From: Eledone cirrhosa
Taxonomy: Eukaryota
DNA length: 64,000 nt
NCBI GenBank assembly: GCA_964016885.1
Contig: OZ024740.1
Location: 305,226,001-305,290,000, forward strand
Direction: 5' to 3'
In this document: positions 38,671-51,180 of the stretch, piece after piece
Numbering within the stretch: position 1 is the first letter of the stretch
Layout of the letters: each line of letters begins with the position of its first letter
The notes under the pieces: generated by a model
Database searches by the model: none
What the model was told of the DNA's origin: nothing
The model's input: only the letters and a program-made list of their open reading frames with translations
Position numbers and translations under genes: made by a program

Positions 38671-41311
38671 TTAAGACAAGTAAACCCCAGTACAGGCGAG
38701 GAAACTAATGAATTGGTCAGTTGCAAAATTTTTTATTCATTTCACTTCATGGTAAGAGATTGCTTTAACCATATCCTAAGAATGGGAAGACTTACAAGCC
38801 AATTAATGGTTGATGTTTATGCCAAGGTTGAAGCTGAATGGTTGGCATGCATTAAAAACAACCAAGCTAAACTTAGAGCAAAGTAATACATCCATTTGAG
38901 AGACGCCATTATAACTGATGGAATGAATCCTTCCAGTGCTGGTAAGTCAGTCATTCTGCCATCTAGCTTCACAGGCAGTCCACGCTATATGGCTGAGCGC
39001 TCACAAAACTCCACGGCATATGTAAGAAAATGTGGTTGTCCAGATCTTTTCATTACATTTACATGCAATCCTACATGGCCAGAAATTTGAAATGAACTGT
39101 TTGAACACCAATATGCAAAGGATAGATATGACACCATTGCCAGAGTTTTTAATGAGAAACAGATCTTGATGTGGCTGCTAAAAGATGTTGTGGCAAACTA
39201 AGATGTTGGCTTTACACTATTGAATGACAGAAAAGAGGTCTTCCTCATTCCCATTCGCTAATTTGGTGTTCAGACCACATTCACTCAGATCAAATCGATA
39301 AAATCATAAGCACCAAATTGCCCGATCCTGACAAAGACCCAGAACTATTTGCCATTATCTCAGAACAAATGATACATGGTCCATGTGGCAGTATCAACCC
39401 TAAGTGTGTGTGCATGGGAAGTAACAAATGTGAAAAAAGATATCCAATGCCTTTTCAACAACAAACTGTAACTGGTGATGATGGATATCCTCAATACAGA
39501 CGGAGCTCCTTGTGGTCATTCCCTACAATCCTCTCCTCTGCAAAATCCTTGATGTTCACATTAATTGTGAGTACAGCGCATCAGTAAAATCAATTAAGTA
39601 TGTTTGTAAGTATGTCAACAAAGGTAGTGATATGGAAACTTTTACTATTGGTGGCGATAACTAATTGAATGAAGTTAAAACATACCTAACAGGGAGATAT
39701 ATTTCTAGCAATGAAGCCATATGGAGAATCTTTGGTTTTGACATACTCAATAGACACCCAGTGGTAGTGAACCTTGCAGTCCATTTGGAAAATGGTCACA
39801 GGTATATTACACTGAATAAAATGCACAATTGATTGCTGCATCTCCTCCAGACACAACACTCACTGCTTTTTTAAAGCTTTATGGAGAAGATGCCTTTGCT
39901 AAAACCTTGCTTTATCATGAGGTTCCCACATTCTACACATGGAATAAAAAGAAATGGAGAAGAGGAAAGATAGACAATTATGTGGATGGCTATCAAGACA
40001 TTAAAGCAAGTGGTGCAAAAGGAAGAGTTTACATGGTCCATCCTAGACATAGGGAATGTTTCCATTTGAGGTTACTCCTTCACACTGTTAGAGGGCCAAC
40101 ATCATTTGAAAATATCAAAATTGTACATGGAACTCCCTGTGCAACGTATGCTGAAGCATGTAAATTACTTGGCCTACTTGAAGACGAGGAATATCGGAAG
40201 AGGCGGCTGCCACACAAATGCCTAAAAAGCTTTGACAGCTCTTTGTTGTAATGCTCACTAGGTACAATATTTCAGATCCCTTGAGTCTCTGGGAAAGCGA
40301 TAGGAAAGACTTGTCGGAAGATATATTGCGCAGGATCCAACTTCAAAACACTGGCATTAATGTAGATTTTTCTCCACCTATCTATAATGAAGCACTTTCA
40401 GAAATTAACAACCACCTGAGTGAAATTGGCAGGTCCCTTAAGTATTGCAGTTTACCAGAACATGAGGACACAGTTGCATACTCTATTACACTAGATATAT
40501 TAAAGGAGATGAATTATGACATCAACAAGCTTACACAATATGTCAATGAAAATGAAGAAAAGCTAATTGAAGTTCAAAGAATAGCTTATGAAAATATATT
40601 GACCAGAATCGACCAGAATGAAGGAGGCCTTTACTTTTTGAATGATCCAGGAGGAACTGGTAATACCTTCGTAATAAATCTCATATTGGCAAAAGAAAGG
40701 CAGCAAAAGCAAATTGCTTTGGCTGCTGCATCAAGTGGTATTGCTGCTACCTTACTTGATGGAGGCAAAACAGCACACTCAACATTCAAGTTGCCATTAA
40801 ATGTCACAAAAGTTTTAGAGAAATGCTCTGTGATCATATGGGATGAGGCCACAATGGCACATAGAAATTTATTTGAGGCACTGAACCATTCTCTAAGAGA
40901 CATTAGAGGATATAATAAAATCTTGGGAGGAGTAACAGTGGTGCTTGCTGGTGACTTCAGACAGATTCTTCCCGTCACTCCTAAAGGCACGAGAGCTGAT
41001 ATTGTAAACACTTGCCTCAAAGTCTCAACTATATGGCAACAAGTCTAGTGATTACCCTTGAGGACAAACATGAGAGTGTAGTTGTACAATGATGCAGAAA
41101 TTGATACTTTTGCAAAACAGCTAATAACACTGGGTGATGGAAATCTGCAACAAGATGAAATGAAGAAGTTAACCTTCCATTTGGAAATGTCTGTAATATA
41201 ACAAATGAACTAATTGATCAAGTATTTCCAAATGTTGCCTCAAATTATATCAATCAATCATGACTGTTTAAACGAGCAATTTTAGCGCCAAAAATAATAT
41301 GGTAAATTACT

Positions 41312-42014
41312 CTAAGGCCTTTTGATTCCATGTTTGGAACTTCCTCTCTAGTTCAGCCATGGATTCAGCTGTGAGAGTTAAAGTATCTGCATATAGAAGT
41401 TCCCATGGGCAGCCAGTCTTAAACCCCTCTGTTATAGCCTGTAGGACAATAATAAACAGGAGGGGGCTAAGAACAGAGCCCTAGTGAACCCCTTCTAGTA
41501 TGCTAAATTCATCACTATATTCATCGTTAATTCTAACCTTGCTGACTGTTCCTCTAGACATGGCTTGTATAGCTCTCACAAGCCATTCTTCCACTCCTAG
41601 TTTTCTAAGAGCCCACCAGATTAAGGTGCATGGGACCATGTCAAAGGCCTTCGCCAGGTCAACAAAAGCTAAGTAGAGGGGTTTACTGTTAGCTAGGTAC
41701 TTCTCCTGTAATTGCCATACAAGGAAAAGGCGTCCGTGGTACTTTTACCTTGCACAAACCCAAACTGCATTTCATCTAAATCAATTTGATCTCTAATTAG
41801 TTGAGTAATAACTCTTTCTGTGACTTTCATGATTTGGTCAACTAATTTAATACCCCTATACTTTCCTCTATCCAGGGCGATTCTTTTGTCCTTGTAACAG
41901 TTGATGATGCTGCTGCTACATTTGGTATGACCCCATTCTGTATTACTTGGTTTACTATCCGGGTGACCACAGTATGTCCCACCATTCCAGATACCTTCAA
42001 CATTTCAGCAACTA
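41312..42014 (-). mobile_element. RTE LINE RT fragment (older copy)
   Basis: The reverse complement encodes IVAEMLK...FVDLAKAFD...GCPWELLYAD. Confidence 0.9.
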
Positions 42015-42017
42015 TAT

Positions 42018-44056
42018 ATCATCATCATCATCGTTTAACATCTATCTTCCACGCTAGCATGGGTTTAGACGGGAATTGTCCCACTTGAGGCAAGATTGGT
42101 TGTCTTGCTCGTATAAGACTGTCTGGCAGGTTTTCTACGGCTGGGTGCCCTTCCTAACACCAACCATGTTTACAGTGTGGATTGGGAGGTTTTTACCGTG
42201 TTACCTACACAGCCTCATTACAGTGTGGACTGTGTGTTTTTTTTTTTTGTCGTGACACCTACACAACCTCATTTATTTTAGGACTGGATGTTGTGGTACA
42301 AACATAACTTTACAGAGAAAGGGGTGGTGTTGATGGGGGTGGGGAAGTTGGGGTAGTGAGAGGAGGGTATATATTTGATTAAGAGGTGCCTACTGACTAT
42401 AGGTTTCGTTTTGTACTTAGGCAAGGTGGGTTTTCTGTATTACTGCGTAGCGCCAAAGATCTCAGTCCAGTGACATTGTCTTAGAGAGGTGTAATGGTGT
42501 AAGGTCAGAATTTATCAAATCGTCCCAGGTTTTTCTGGGTCTGCCTACTCCGTAACTTCCGTCAATTTTGATCGCCCTGCACTTTTTTATACAGCTGTCG
42601 TCTTTCATGCGCATCATGTGACCATACCAACGTAGTCTTCTCTCGAGTAAACAGCATCTGATCCCTCTTATACCTAATTTATCACTTAGTTCATTTATGC
42701 TTTGCAGTTCACGTATATTACTATTACACATCCAGCAGAGCATGCATGCTTCGTTCCTCTCCAGTCTGTGCAGATCCTCTGTACACAATGCCCATGTTTC
42801 ACTGCCATGTAACATAACTGTTTGTATGCAAGCATCATACAGTCTGCCTTTCATTTTTAGAGAGAAACCTTTAGCGGCCAATAATAGTATAAGCGGCCAA
42901 TAGTGGTATAAGCTCTCTGAACTTTTTCCATCCCGTTCTGACTCTGGCTACTGTACTTTCTGAGCACCCTCCACCACTGCTGATATTATCACCCAGGTAA
43001 CGGAAGGTGTCCACTATTTCTATAGAGCCATCTGGGTAATAGAAGGAGCTAGTATCCTGTGGGTGCTTGCTACTTATTGCACCTGAGCACCGGCCACATA
43101 TAAAATCTACGTTCCTAGATAGCTTACCTGTGATCCCACTACATCTTTTATGCACCCATACTTTGCATTTGGGACATAAAATGGAATTTCTGCCTACTCC
43201 TTTCCTACACACTGAGCATGGCCATTTCCCAGATGGGATCTGTGCCCTATTTTCCTTCCTACATACTAGAACTTTAGTCTTAGACAAGTTAACTTTAAGG
43301 CCTTTTGATTCTAGGCCATGCTTCCATGTTTGGAATTTCTTTTCTAGTTCATCCATCGATTCAGCTATGAGCATTAGATCATCTGCATAGAGAAGTTCCC
43401 ATGGGCAGCCGGTCTTGAACTCCTCTGTTATAGCCTGAAGGGCAATAATAAATAGAAGGGGGCTAAGGACAGAGCCCTGATGAACACCAACTTTTATGCT
43501 AAATTCTTCACTATATTCGTTGTTAATTCTAACCTTACTGACTGTTTCTTTATACATGGCTTGTATAGCTCTCACAAGCCATTCATCAACCCCTTGTTTT
43601 CTAAGGGCCCACCAGATAATGGCGCGGGGGACTCTGTAAAATGCTTTCTCCAAGTCAACAAAAGCTAAGTATAGGGGTTTACTTTTAGCTAGGTACTTCT
43701 CCTGTAGTTGTCGTACAAAGAAAAGGGCGTCTGTTGTACTTTTAGCTGACACAAACCCAAACTGCATTTCATCTAGATCAATTTGCTCTCTGATTAGTTG
43801 CTCTACAACTTTTTCTGTGACCTTCATGACTGGATCAATTAATTTAATGCCTCTATAGTTTCCTCTATCTAGTGCATCTCCTTTACCCTTGTAGCAGTTA
43901 ATGATGATGCTGCTATCCCAGTCATTTGGTATGACCCCGTTCTATATGACTTGGTTTACTATCCGGGTGACCATGGTGTGTCCCACCGTTCCAGATGCTT
44001 TCAGCATTTCAGCAACTATCTCCGAAGACCCAGCTGCCTTGCCTGTCTTCATATCT
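42018..44056 (-). mobile_element. 5'-truncated RTE LINE, close relative of 33441-35638, frameshifted
   Basis: ORFs 42871-43827 and 42462-42881. (ATC)n tail at 42018. A short tandem duplication near 42875-42912 shifts the frame. Confidence 0.96.
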
Positions 44057-45274
44057 TTACATATATATACATATATATGTATGTGTGTTTGTGTGTGTAT
44101 GTATATGTATGTGTGCATATACATATGTATGCATATATATATGTATATATATATGTATATGTATGTGTGTATATGTATGCACACGCAGGTATATACACAC
44201 ATATGTGTGTGTGTGTGTGTATGTGTATGTGCACACACGCACACACGTGGGTGTATATGTACACACACATGTGTATATGTGTATATATATATACATGTGT
44301 GTGCGTATATATGTGTGCACGTATGTATGCATATGTGTATGTGTATACATGTATATATATATATGTACGTGTGTATATGTGTGTATACACATATGTATAC
44401 ATATGTGTATATACACATATATGTACGTGTATATGTATACACATATGTGTGCATATGTGTATATGCGCGTGTATGTGCGTATGTATATATACGCATATAT
44501 ATGCGTGTATGTGTATATGTATGTGCATGTGTGTATGTGTATATATACACATATATATGCGTATATATGTATGTATATATACACATATATGTACGTGTAT
44601 ATGTATATATACACATGTATATACATATATATGTATATGTACACGTGTATATATATATGTATGTACGTATGTGTGTATATGTACACGTGTGTGTATGTGT
44701 ATATGTGTACACGTATGTATACGCGTATATATGTATATATGTGTACACATGTGTGTACACATGTATGTGTATGTGTGTACGCGTGTGTATACATATATAT
44801 GTATATGTGTGTGTGTATGTGTGTACACGTATATGTACATGTGTGTGTGTGTGTATGCACATGTATGTACATATGTGTGTATGTGTGTATATACACATAT
44901 ATGTATGTATGTATGTGTGTATATATATACGCATGTGTGTACATATATGTGTGTGTATGTATACACATGTGTGTACATATATGTGTATGTGTACATATGT
45001 ATATATATATATGTATATGTGTGTGTATACACATGTGTATACGTGTGTGTGTGTATATATATATGTATATATGTGTGTGTATATATATGTGTGCATATAT
45101 ATGTGTGTACACATATATATGTGTATATATATATATATACACGTATGTGTATGTGTACGTGTGTATATATATACACATATATATGCGTATGTATGTGTGT
45201 ATATGTGTATATATATACGTATATATGTATATATGTGTACGCGTATGTGTGTATATATGTGTGTATGTATGTGT
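44057..45274. repeat. 1.2 kb complex alternating purine-pyrimidine (TA/TG/CA/CG) tract
   Basis: Seen directly. Confidence 0.95.
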
Positions 45275-45616
45275 ATCATCATCATCATCATCATTTTATG
45301 TCCGCTTTTCCCTGCTTGCAAGGGTGAGACAGGAACTGACTCTGGCTTGATTTCTACAGCTGGATGCCCTTCCTAACACCAACCTCATTTACAGTGAGTG
45401 CTGGGTGCTTTTTTGTCGTGGCACCTCCACGACCACTTTGCAGTGGAATGATAAGGACCCCAGTCCCTATCATCTCATTTCTACAGCTGAGTAAACTGGA
45501 GCAATGTGAAATAAAGTGTCTTGCTCAAGGAAACAACACATCACCCGGTCTGAGAATTGAACTCACAACCTTTCGATTGCAAGGTCAATGCTCTAACCAC
45601 TAAGCCATGTGCCTCC
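45275..45616 (-). mobile_element. Full-length CORE-type SINE
   Basis: Reverse complement of the 32439-type element, from the tRNA head to the (TGA)n tail. Confidence 0.92.
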
Positions 45617-46002
45617 ATACATATATGTATATGTGTATGTGTATGTATATGTATATATATACACATATATGTACATATGTATACATATGTATACATATAC
45701 ATATATATACATATACATCACTGTAAATGAGGTTGGTGTTAGGAAGGGCATCCATCTGTAGAAATCAGCCAAAATCAGTTCCCGTCCCACCCTTGCAAGC
45801 AGGGAAAATGGACGTAAAATGAAATGATGATGATGATACATATATATATACATATGTATATATACATATATATGTGTATATATGTGTACACATGTATGTA
45901 TATGTATATATATGTATACATATATACATATATATACATATACGTGTATGTGTATGCATATATGCGTGTATATATACATATATATACAGATGTATATATA
46001 TA

Positions 46003-46334
46003 CACATGGCTTAGTGGTTTGAGCATTGGCCTTGCAATTGAAAGGTTGTGAGTTCAATTCTCAGACCGGGTGATGTGTTGTTTCCTTAAGCAACACACTT
46101 TATTTCACATTGCACCAGTTTACTCAGCTGTAGAAATGAGATGATAGGGACTGGGGTCCATATCATTCCACTGCAAAGTGGTCGTGGAGGTGCCACGGCA
46201 AAAAAAGCACCCAGTACTCACTGTAAATGAGGTTGGTGTTAGGAAGGGCATCCAGCTGTAGAAATCAAGCCAGAATCAGTTCCCGTCCCACCCTTGCAAG
46301 CAGGGAAAAGTGGACGTAAAATGAAATGATGATG
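46003..46334 (+). mobile_element. Full-length CORE-type SINE (an additional tail-only copy lies at 45719-45838)
   Basis: cacatggcttagtgg...gagttcaattc...ggacgtaaaatgaaatgatgatg. Confidence 0.92.
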
Positions 46335-46417
46335 TACATATACATACATATATGTATATACATATATGTATATATACACACACACATATACATATATACA
46401 TATATATATATACATAT

Positions 46418-46838
46418 GGGCAGCAACTGCAGAGGATATGCGACGGCTGGAAGAAATGAGGCAAGCATGCTCCGTTGGATGTGCAGTGTAAATGTGCGTG
46501 AACGACCCAGCATAAATGTGTTGAGAGAGAAACTGTGTCTGAGAGGGATAGAATGTAGTATACGGGAGAGGAGACTGAGGTGGTATGGACATGTGATGCG
46601 CATGGAGGATGACCGATGGGTGAAGAAGTGCCAGGAAATGCCAGTTGAAGGAAGACGTGGTAGAGGTAGACCACGAAAAACATGGGAGGAGGTGGTGAGA
46701 ACAGACCTCAGATCATTGAAGCTCACGGTGGAGATGACGAAGGACCGTGACGAGTGTAGAGATGCTGTGCTGAATAAGACCCGTCCATCCCACCCTTGCA
46801 AGCAGGGAAAAGCGGACGTAAAATGATGATGATGATGA
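46418..46838 (+). mobile_element. RTE LINE 3' fragment with (TGA)n tail
   Basis: RNEASMLRWMC...RRLRWYGHVMRM...GRPRKTWEEVV. The tail cccacccttgcaagcagggaaaagcggacgtaaaatgatg matches the SINE tail. Confidence 0.92.
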
Positions 46839-47119
46839 TATGTTTGTGTGCAGCTGATTGTCATACTTGGTAGTGAATTGATAGTTGTTTTTGTTTTTCT
46901 TCTTCTATCCTTTTCTTTTTCTTTTGCTTTGATCATATATTTTGTGCATTATATTTGTGAGGTTCCTAGCAATAATTAATTGTATTTATTATATGTGTTT
47001 ATATCTCTGTTTATATTTTCACTCTGTAAGAACTATAAACAATGTTTAATGTTATTTATACAACTGTGAACTTTGAAAAATACATAATATATTAAATTAT
47101 ATATATATAAAATGTAAAC

Positions 47120-47300
47120 AGAAATAACAAAGCATAAGACACAGTACATTGATGAAATATATTAGTTTAATGCTTGAAATAACAGGAAAAGTGTCTTAAT
47201 GTTTCGAACACTCATCTTTCATCAGAAGATAGAGTTAGAAATAGAAGATAAAATAGAAACATAAAGAGTGAGAAGAGGAAGGAGGAAAACATGGAAAGAA
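47120..47300 (-). mobile_element. Hammerhead-bearing repeat (Penelope pLTR/retrozyme-like); inverted copy of 52245-52420
   Basis: Minus strand atcttCTGATGAaagatgagtgttcGAAACATTaagac. The flanks align with 52245-52420. Confidence 0.7.
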
Positions 47301-48299
47301 AGGGTGATAAAACACATTCAGTCAGACATTTTGGATATATATATGATATATATTCAAGTAAAAAGTCAATTTTTTAAGACACGTCTTTAAAGTTAAACTT
47401 ATGGGCTTGGTTATTACATGACTTATGAGGGGTTTGTAATGTAAACCTGAATTCAAAATATCATATCTTTACTTGAAGACCAATTGATCTATAAATAAAT
47501 AGAAAAAAAATATAAATTACAGTATTGGTCAATACATCAAAGCAGACATCCTACAGCATATTGAAAATCATAAGGCTATGTAGCTCTTCTAAATATTATG
47601 CATGCTTTTTTTTTACTCTTCAGGCTTAATCTGTTGCTTAGTTTAATGCTACCACCTAGTCCTTGGGTGTCTTTAGTTGCAAGTATTCAGGTTAGATTTT
47701 TAGATCAACCAATGCCTACTGGATACACTCCCAGTAGGGATGATGAAACTGTTAATTATCCTGCAGAGTTCCTTAATAGTCTGGAACTTCCTGGACTTCC
47801 TGCACACAAATTAACGCTAAAGATTAAAACTACCATCATCCTTTTGAGAAACCTGGACCCACCACGCCTATGCAATGGCATGCGCTTAACAGTGAGGTGG
47901 ATCATGAAACATCTCCTACTATTCTTGGAGGAAATCATCAAAGCGAAAATGCATTTATTCCAAAGATTCCACTTATCCCTTCTTCTACCAAGCTGCCATT
48001 CAAATTCTCAAGACATCAATTACCTGTTAGAGCCAGTTTTACTATCATCATCATCATCATCATCATCAAGTGGAATCTTTGGAATAAATGCATTTTCACC
48101 TTGATGATTTCCTCCAAGAATAGTGATCTTTAGGAGATAAATAAAGCTCAGGGTCAGAGTCTCAAAGTTGTAGAATTGAATATGAGAGAATTGGTTGTTA
48201 CCCAGTGGCAGTTATATGCTGGTTGTCCACAAGGGGAAACACCTAGAAATCTTCATATACTATACATGAACGGTAAAACAAAGAATCTGGTGTATCTGG

Positions 48300-48333
<34 letters not shown>

Positions 48334-48684
48334 TCACACACACATCACCGTCTCGCCTCATACTGTAAATCAGACAACGCATCCAATACAGTTGTTTTCT
48401 CTTCTACCTGTCTTCTCTTATCAACTGTTCACCTGGGCGAAGCCGGGTACCTTATCTAGTATGATATAAAAGAGAGATGTTTCTTGGCCGGTTGGCTGGT
48501 TGGTTGGTTTAATTACACGAAAATTACGCACACACATATCTAAAGATAGAGAGACACAGAGGGAGGGGCAGAGAGAGAGAGATAGGCCGTTATACAGAGG
48601 GAGGTACGATTAAAGCGTTATATATTCAGAGAGAGAGGGAGAGGGAGAATGGCAATGAACGCTGATTTACACACACACACATCT

Positions 48685-50454
48685 CTCCTCTATATAAAAT
48701 TCTTTGTCTCTCTGTCTGTCTGTCTGTTGCTACGCATTCTCAAATGGCTGGACCAAATCAACCCCGAGAGTGTCAACATGTAATTTTTATTTTCATTAGA
48801 ATTTTTTTTTTTATATATTATCTAAAATAATATTTCTATAGTGAACTATAGTAAACACCTGCCATTCCTATACCTTCTTCACCCGATATGTAGATGACAT
48901 ACTCATCCTTACATCATCCCGTGAAGAAGCGGATAAAATATACATAACATTCTCCAGCATGGACCAATATAAAGTTGAGCATGGAATACCCCGATGACCG
49001 CGGATCCCTATCCCTACTGGACTTCCAACTCAGGGTAACAGAGGAAGGCGACATCCACACCGGCTTCTATAAAAAAGCCGCCAGCAGGGACCTGTTCATA
49101 CATTTCAGATCGGCCCTCCCAGCAGGCGCTAAGTTTGGATACATAAGGAACGAACTTACACATATCCTGGAACAAATATCCGATGTCCACCGCGAACCGT
49201 GCCAGAAACAACAGAGGACACCACACCCGAAGCACTAACACCTGCTTCCTGAAGCTCCCACACTTCCGTGACGAAACAACAACAGCCATCCGCAGAGCTA
49301 TCAGATGAGAGGGACTAGATATCCAGCTCCTACTCAGGACCTTCTCTACGCGGACAGCTAACCAAAAGATACTCCACCAGACATGACAACTGCTGCAGGC
49401 TAGCCAACTGCCCCATCAACAACACAGACCTATGCCACTAGGCTTACGTTGTATACAGATTAGAGTGCGACAAATGCAGCGATTTCTACATAGGTAGCCC
49501 CACCAGACCACTCCACATTAGAATAAAAGAACACCTCAACACTAATGCTTCCTCATTTAAGAAACACCTAGTGAAAGGCAAAAACACCGACAAAAACATA
49601 ATAGTTAGGATAGAAGCTAAGGAAAAAAACCTCGGCAATCTTAGAATTAAAGAAGCACTAATTATAGACAAAACGCAATCACCAATCAATAACAGACTAG
49701 AACTCAACACCCAATTTTTAACAGGATAGAGCACCTAGCCCCACACTTAAACCTCCACATACCCTCTCACACACACACACACACGCATGCTTACACCTTC
49801 ACTTATTCTCTCACACACACACATACACACACATAGACCAGTTTTAACATGGTAGAGCATCTAGTCCCTACATTTACATATAAACATATCCTCTCACACT
49901 CACACACACACGCACACACACGCATGCTTACACCTTCACGTATTCTCCCAGACACACTTAGACATACATGTCCAAACCCTTTTAAAGGGAGACAACCCTT
50001 TATCCACCTAACCTTCACTCTTTGACATTAAAAATAGAATGGAATTTCTATACTATTTCCTGTCAGCATGACTGGGCAAGCTAATTAGAACACTGGATTA
50101 ACCCCTTTACTTCCCTCTGAAGAAGAGATATTATCTCGAAAATTAAGGATATTCAAATAAATTTAAGGTACAAGACTAATTGTCAGCAATATCTTTTGCA
50201 TTTGTATTTATATTCTCTATCCATACCTGCATTGTTCTGGCCTTCTAACTCCAAACGTTTATACTTCACTACGCAATGCTTCAAGTAAACTACAATTTCC
50301 TCCATATATATATATAATTATATATTCGTGTACAGATATTTTTGCATACACAATAACAAAATATAAACAAGCGTATTTATTTCACGAAGCTCGATAAGGA
50401 TAAATATATAATAACCCTAGAGCAAATCCCGAGCAACGCCAGGCCATTCTGCTA
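48685..50454 (+). mobile_element. Non-autonomous Helitron interrupted by a Penelope-like element
   Basis: 5' tctatataaaa...(tgtc)n. 3' hairpin cccgagcaacgccagg then CTAG|T at ~50451-50455. Confidence 0.65.
48860..50290 (+). mobile_element. Penelope-like element 3' part (RT end, GIY-YIG endonuclease, pLTR)
   Basis: FTRYVDDIL, SLSLLDF, GFYKK, VVYRLECDKCSDFYIG..TRPLHIRIKEH and LRIKEALII...INNR. Hammerhead-like motif at 50111-50150. Confidence 0.9.
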
Positions 50455-51059
50455 GTATATACTATATAGACTCTTGTTGATTTTGGTGAATGACTTTTTC
50501 AGTCAACAGTACTACTTTTGAATGATAATGAAGTGGCTGTGTATTCCATAGACATTTCTATACAATGTAATCTTCATCCCAATATAGGATTCATTATACA
50601 GTTCCTTGACCTACTAGAAGTAACAACTAAATCTCTGTGAAACCATACCCTACTTTCTTAAAAAGGAAAGGACCCATTATATAATGTGGTCTTTGATGCA
50701 CACTACCTCAGAATAAAAAGAAATGTTAGTCATAGCTTGAATGCCTTTGGTCATATCTCAACTAGAACTGATCTAGACTAAACAACAGCATAAACCTCAG
50801 ACAATGAACACGAGGGAGTGTGATAAGGCCTCAAATCATAGCTGAACATGAAGTTTTCCACCTACCTTATTTTACTCAACTTGAGATTAGGCCAATTCTT
50901 TGGCCATGAAAGTGTTCAGTCCTCCATGTCTACATACTAGTTTGGAACTGTATCTGCTAGACTCTAGTACAAATCAGTTATCACCATTACAGATCATGTT
51001 CATCAAGCAGGATAGAAGCAGAGTTTATGCCAGGTTTTCCATTATATATATATGACGTA

Positions 51060-51180
51060 AAAATGATGATAATTATGATGATGGTAATGGTGATGGTGAT
51101 GGTGGTGGTGGTGGTAGTTGTGGTGGTGGTAGTTGTGGTGGTGGTGGTGGTTGTGGTGGTGGTGATGATGATGATAATGT
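51060..51180. repeat. (TGG/TGA)n trinucleotide microsatellite
   Basis: Seen directly. Confidence 0.9.

Larger units (their letters stand above)
37430..48459 (+). mobile_element. Autonomous-type Helitron (Rep/Pif1 helicase), pseudogenised and split by ~6.4 kb of insertions (~41310-47735)
   Basis: Rep motifs PDLFITFTCNPTWPEI, QKRGLPHSH and KYVCKYVNKG. Helicase motifs PGGTGNTF, IIWDEATM and GDFRQILPV. Resumes at NYPAEFLNSLELPGLP...RLCNG and INKAQGQSL. 3' hairpin cctgggcgaagccggg then CTAG|T at 48456-48460. The 5' end is not located. Confidence 0.93.
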
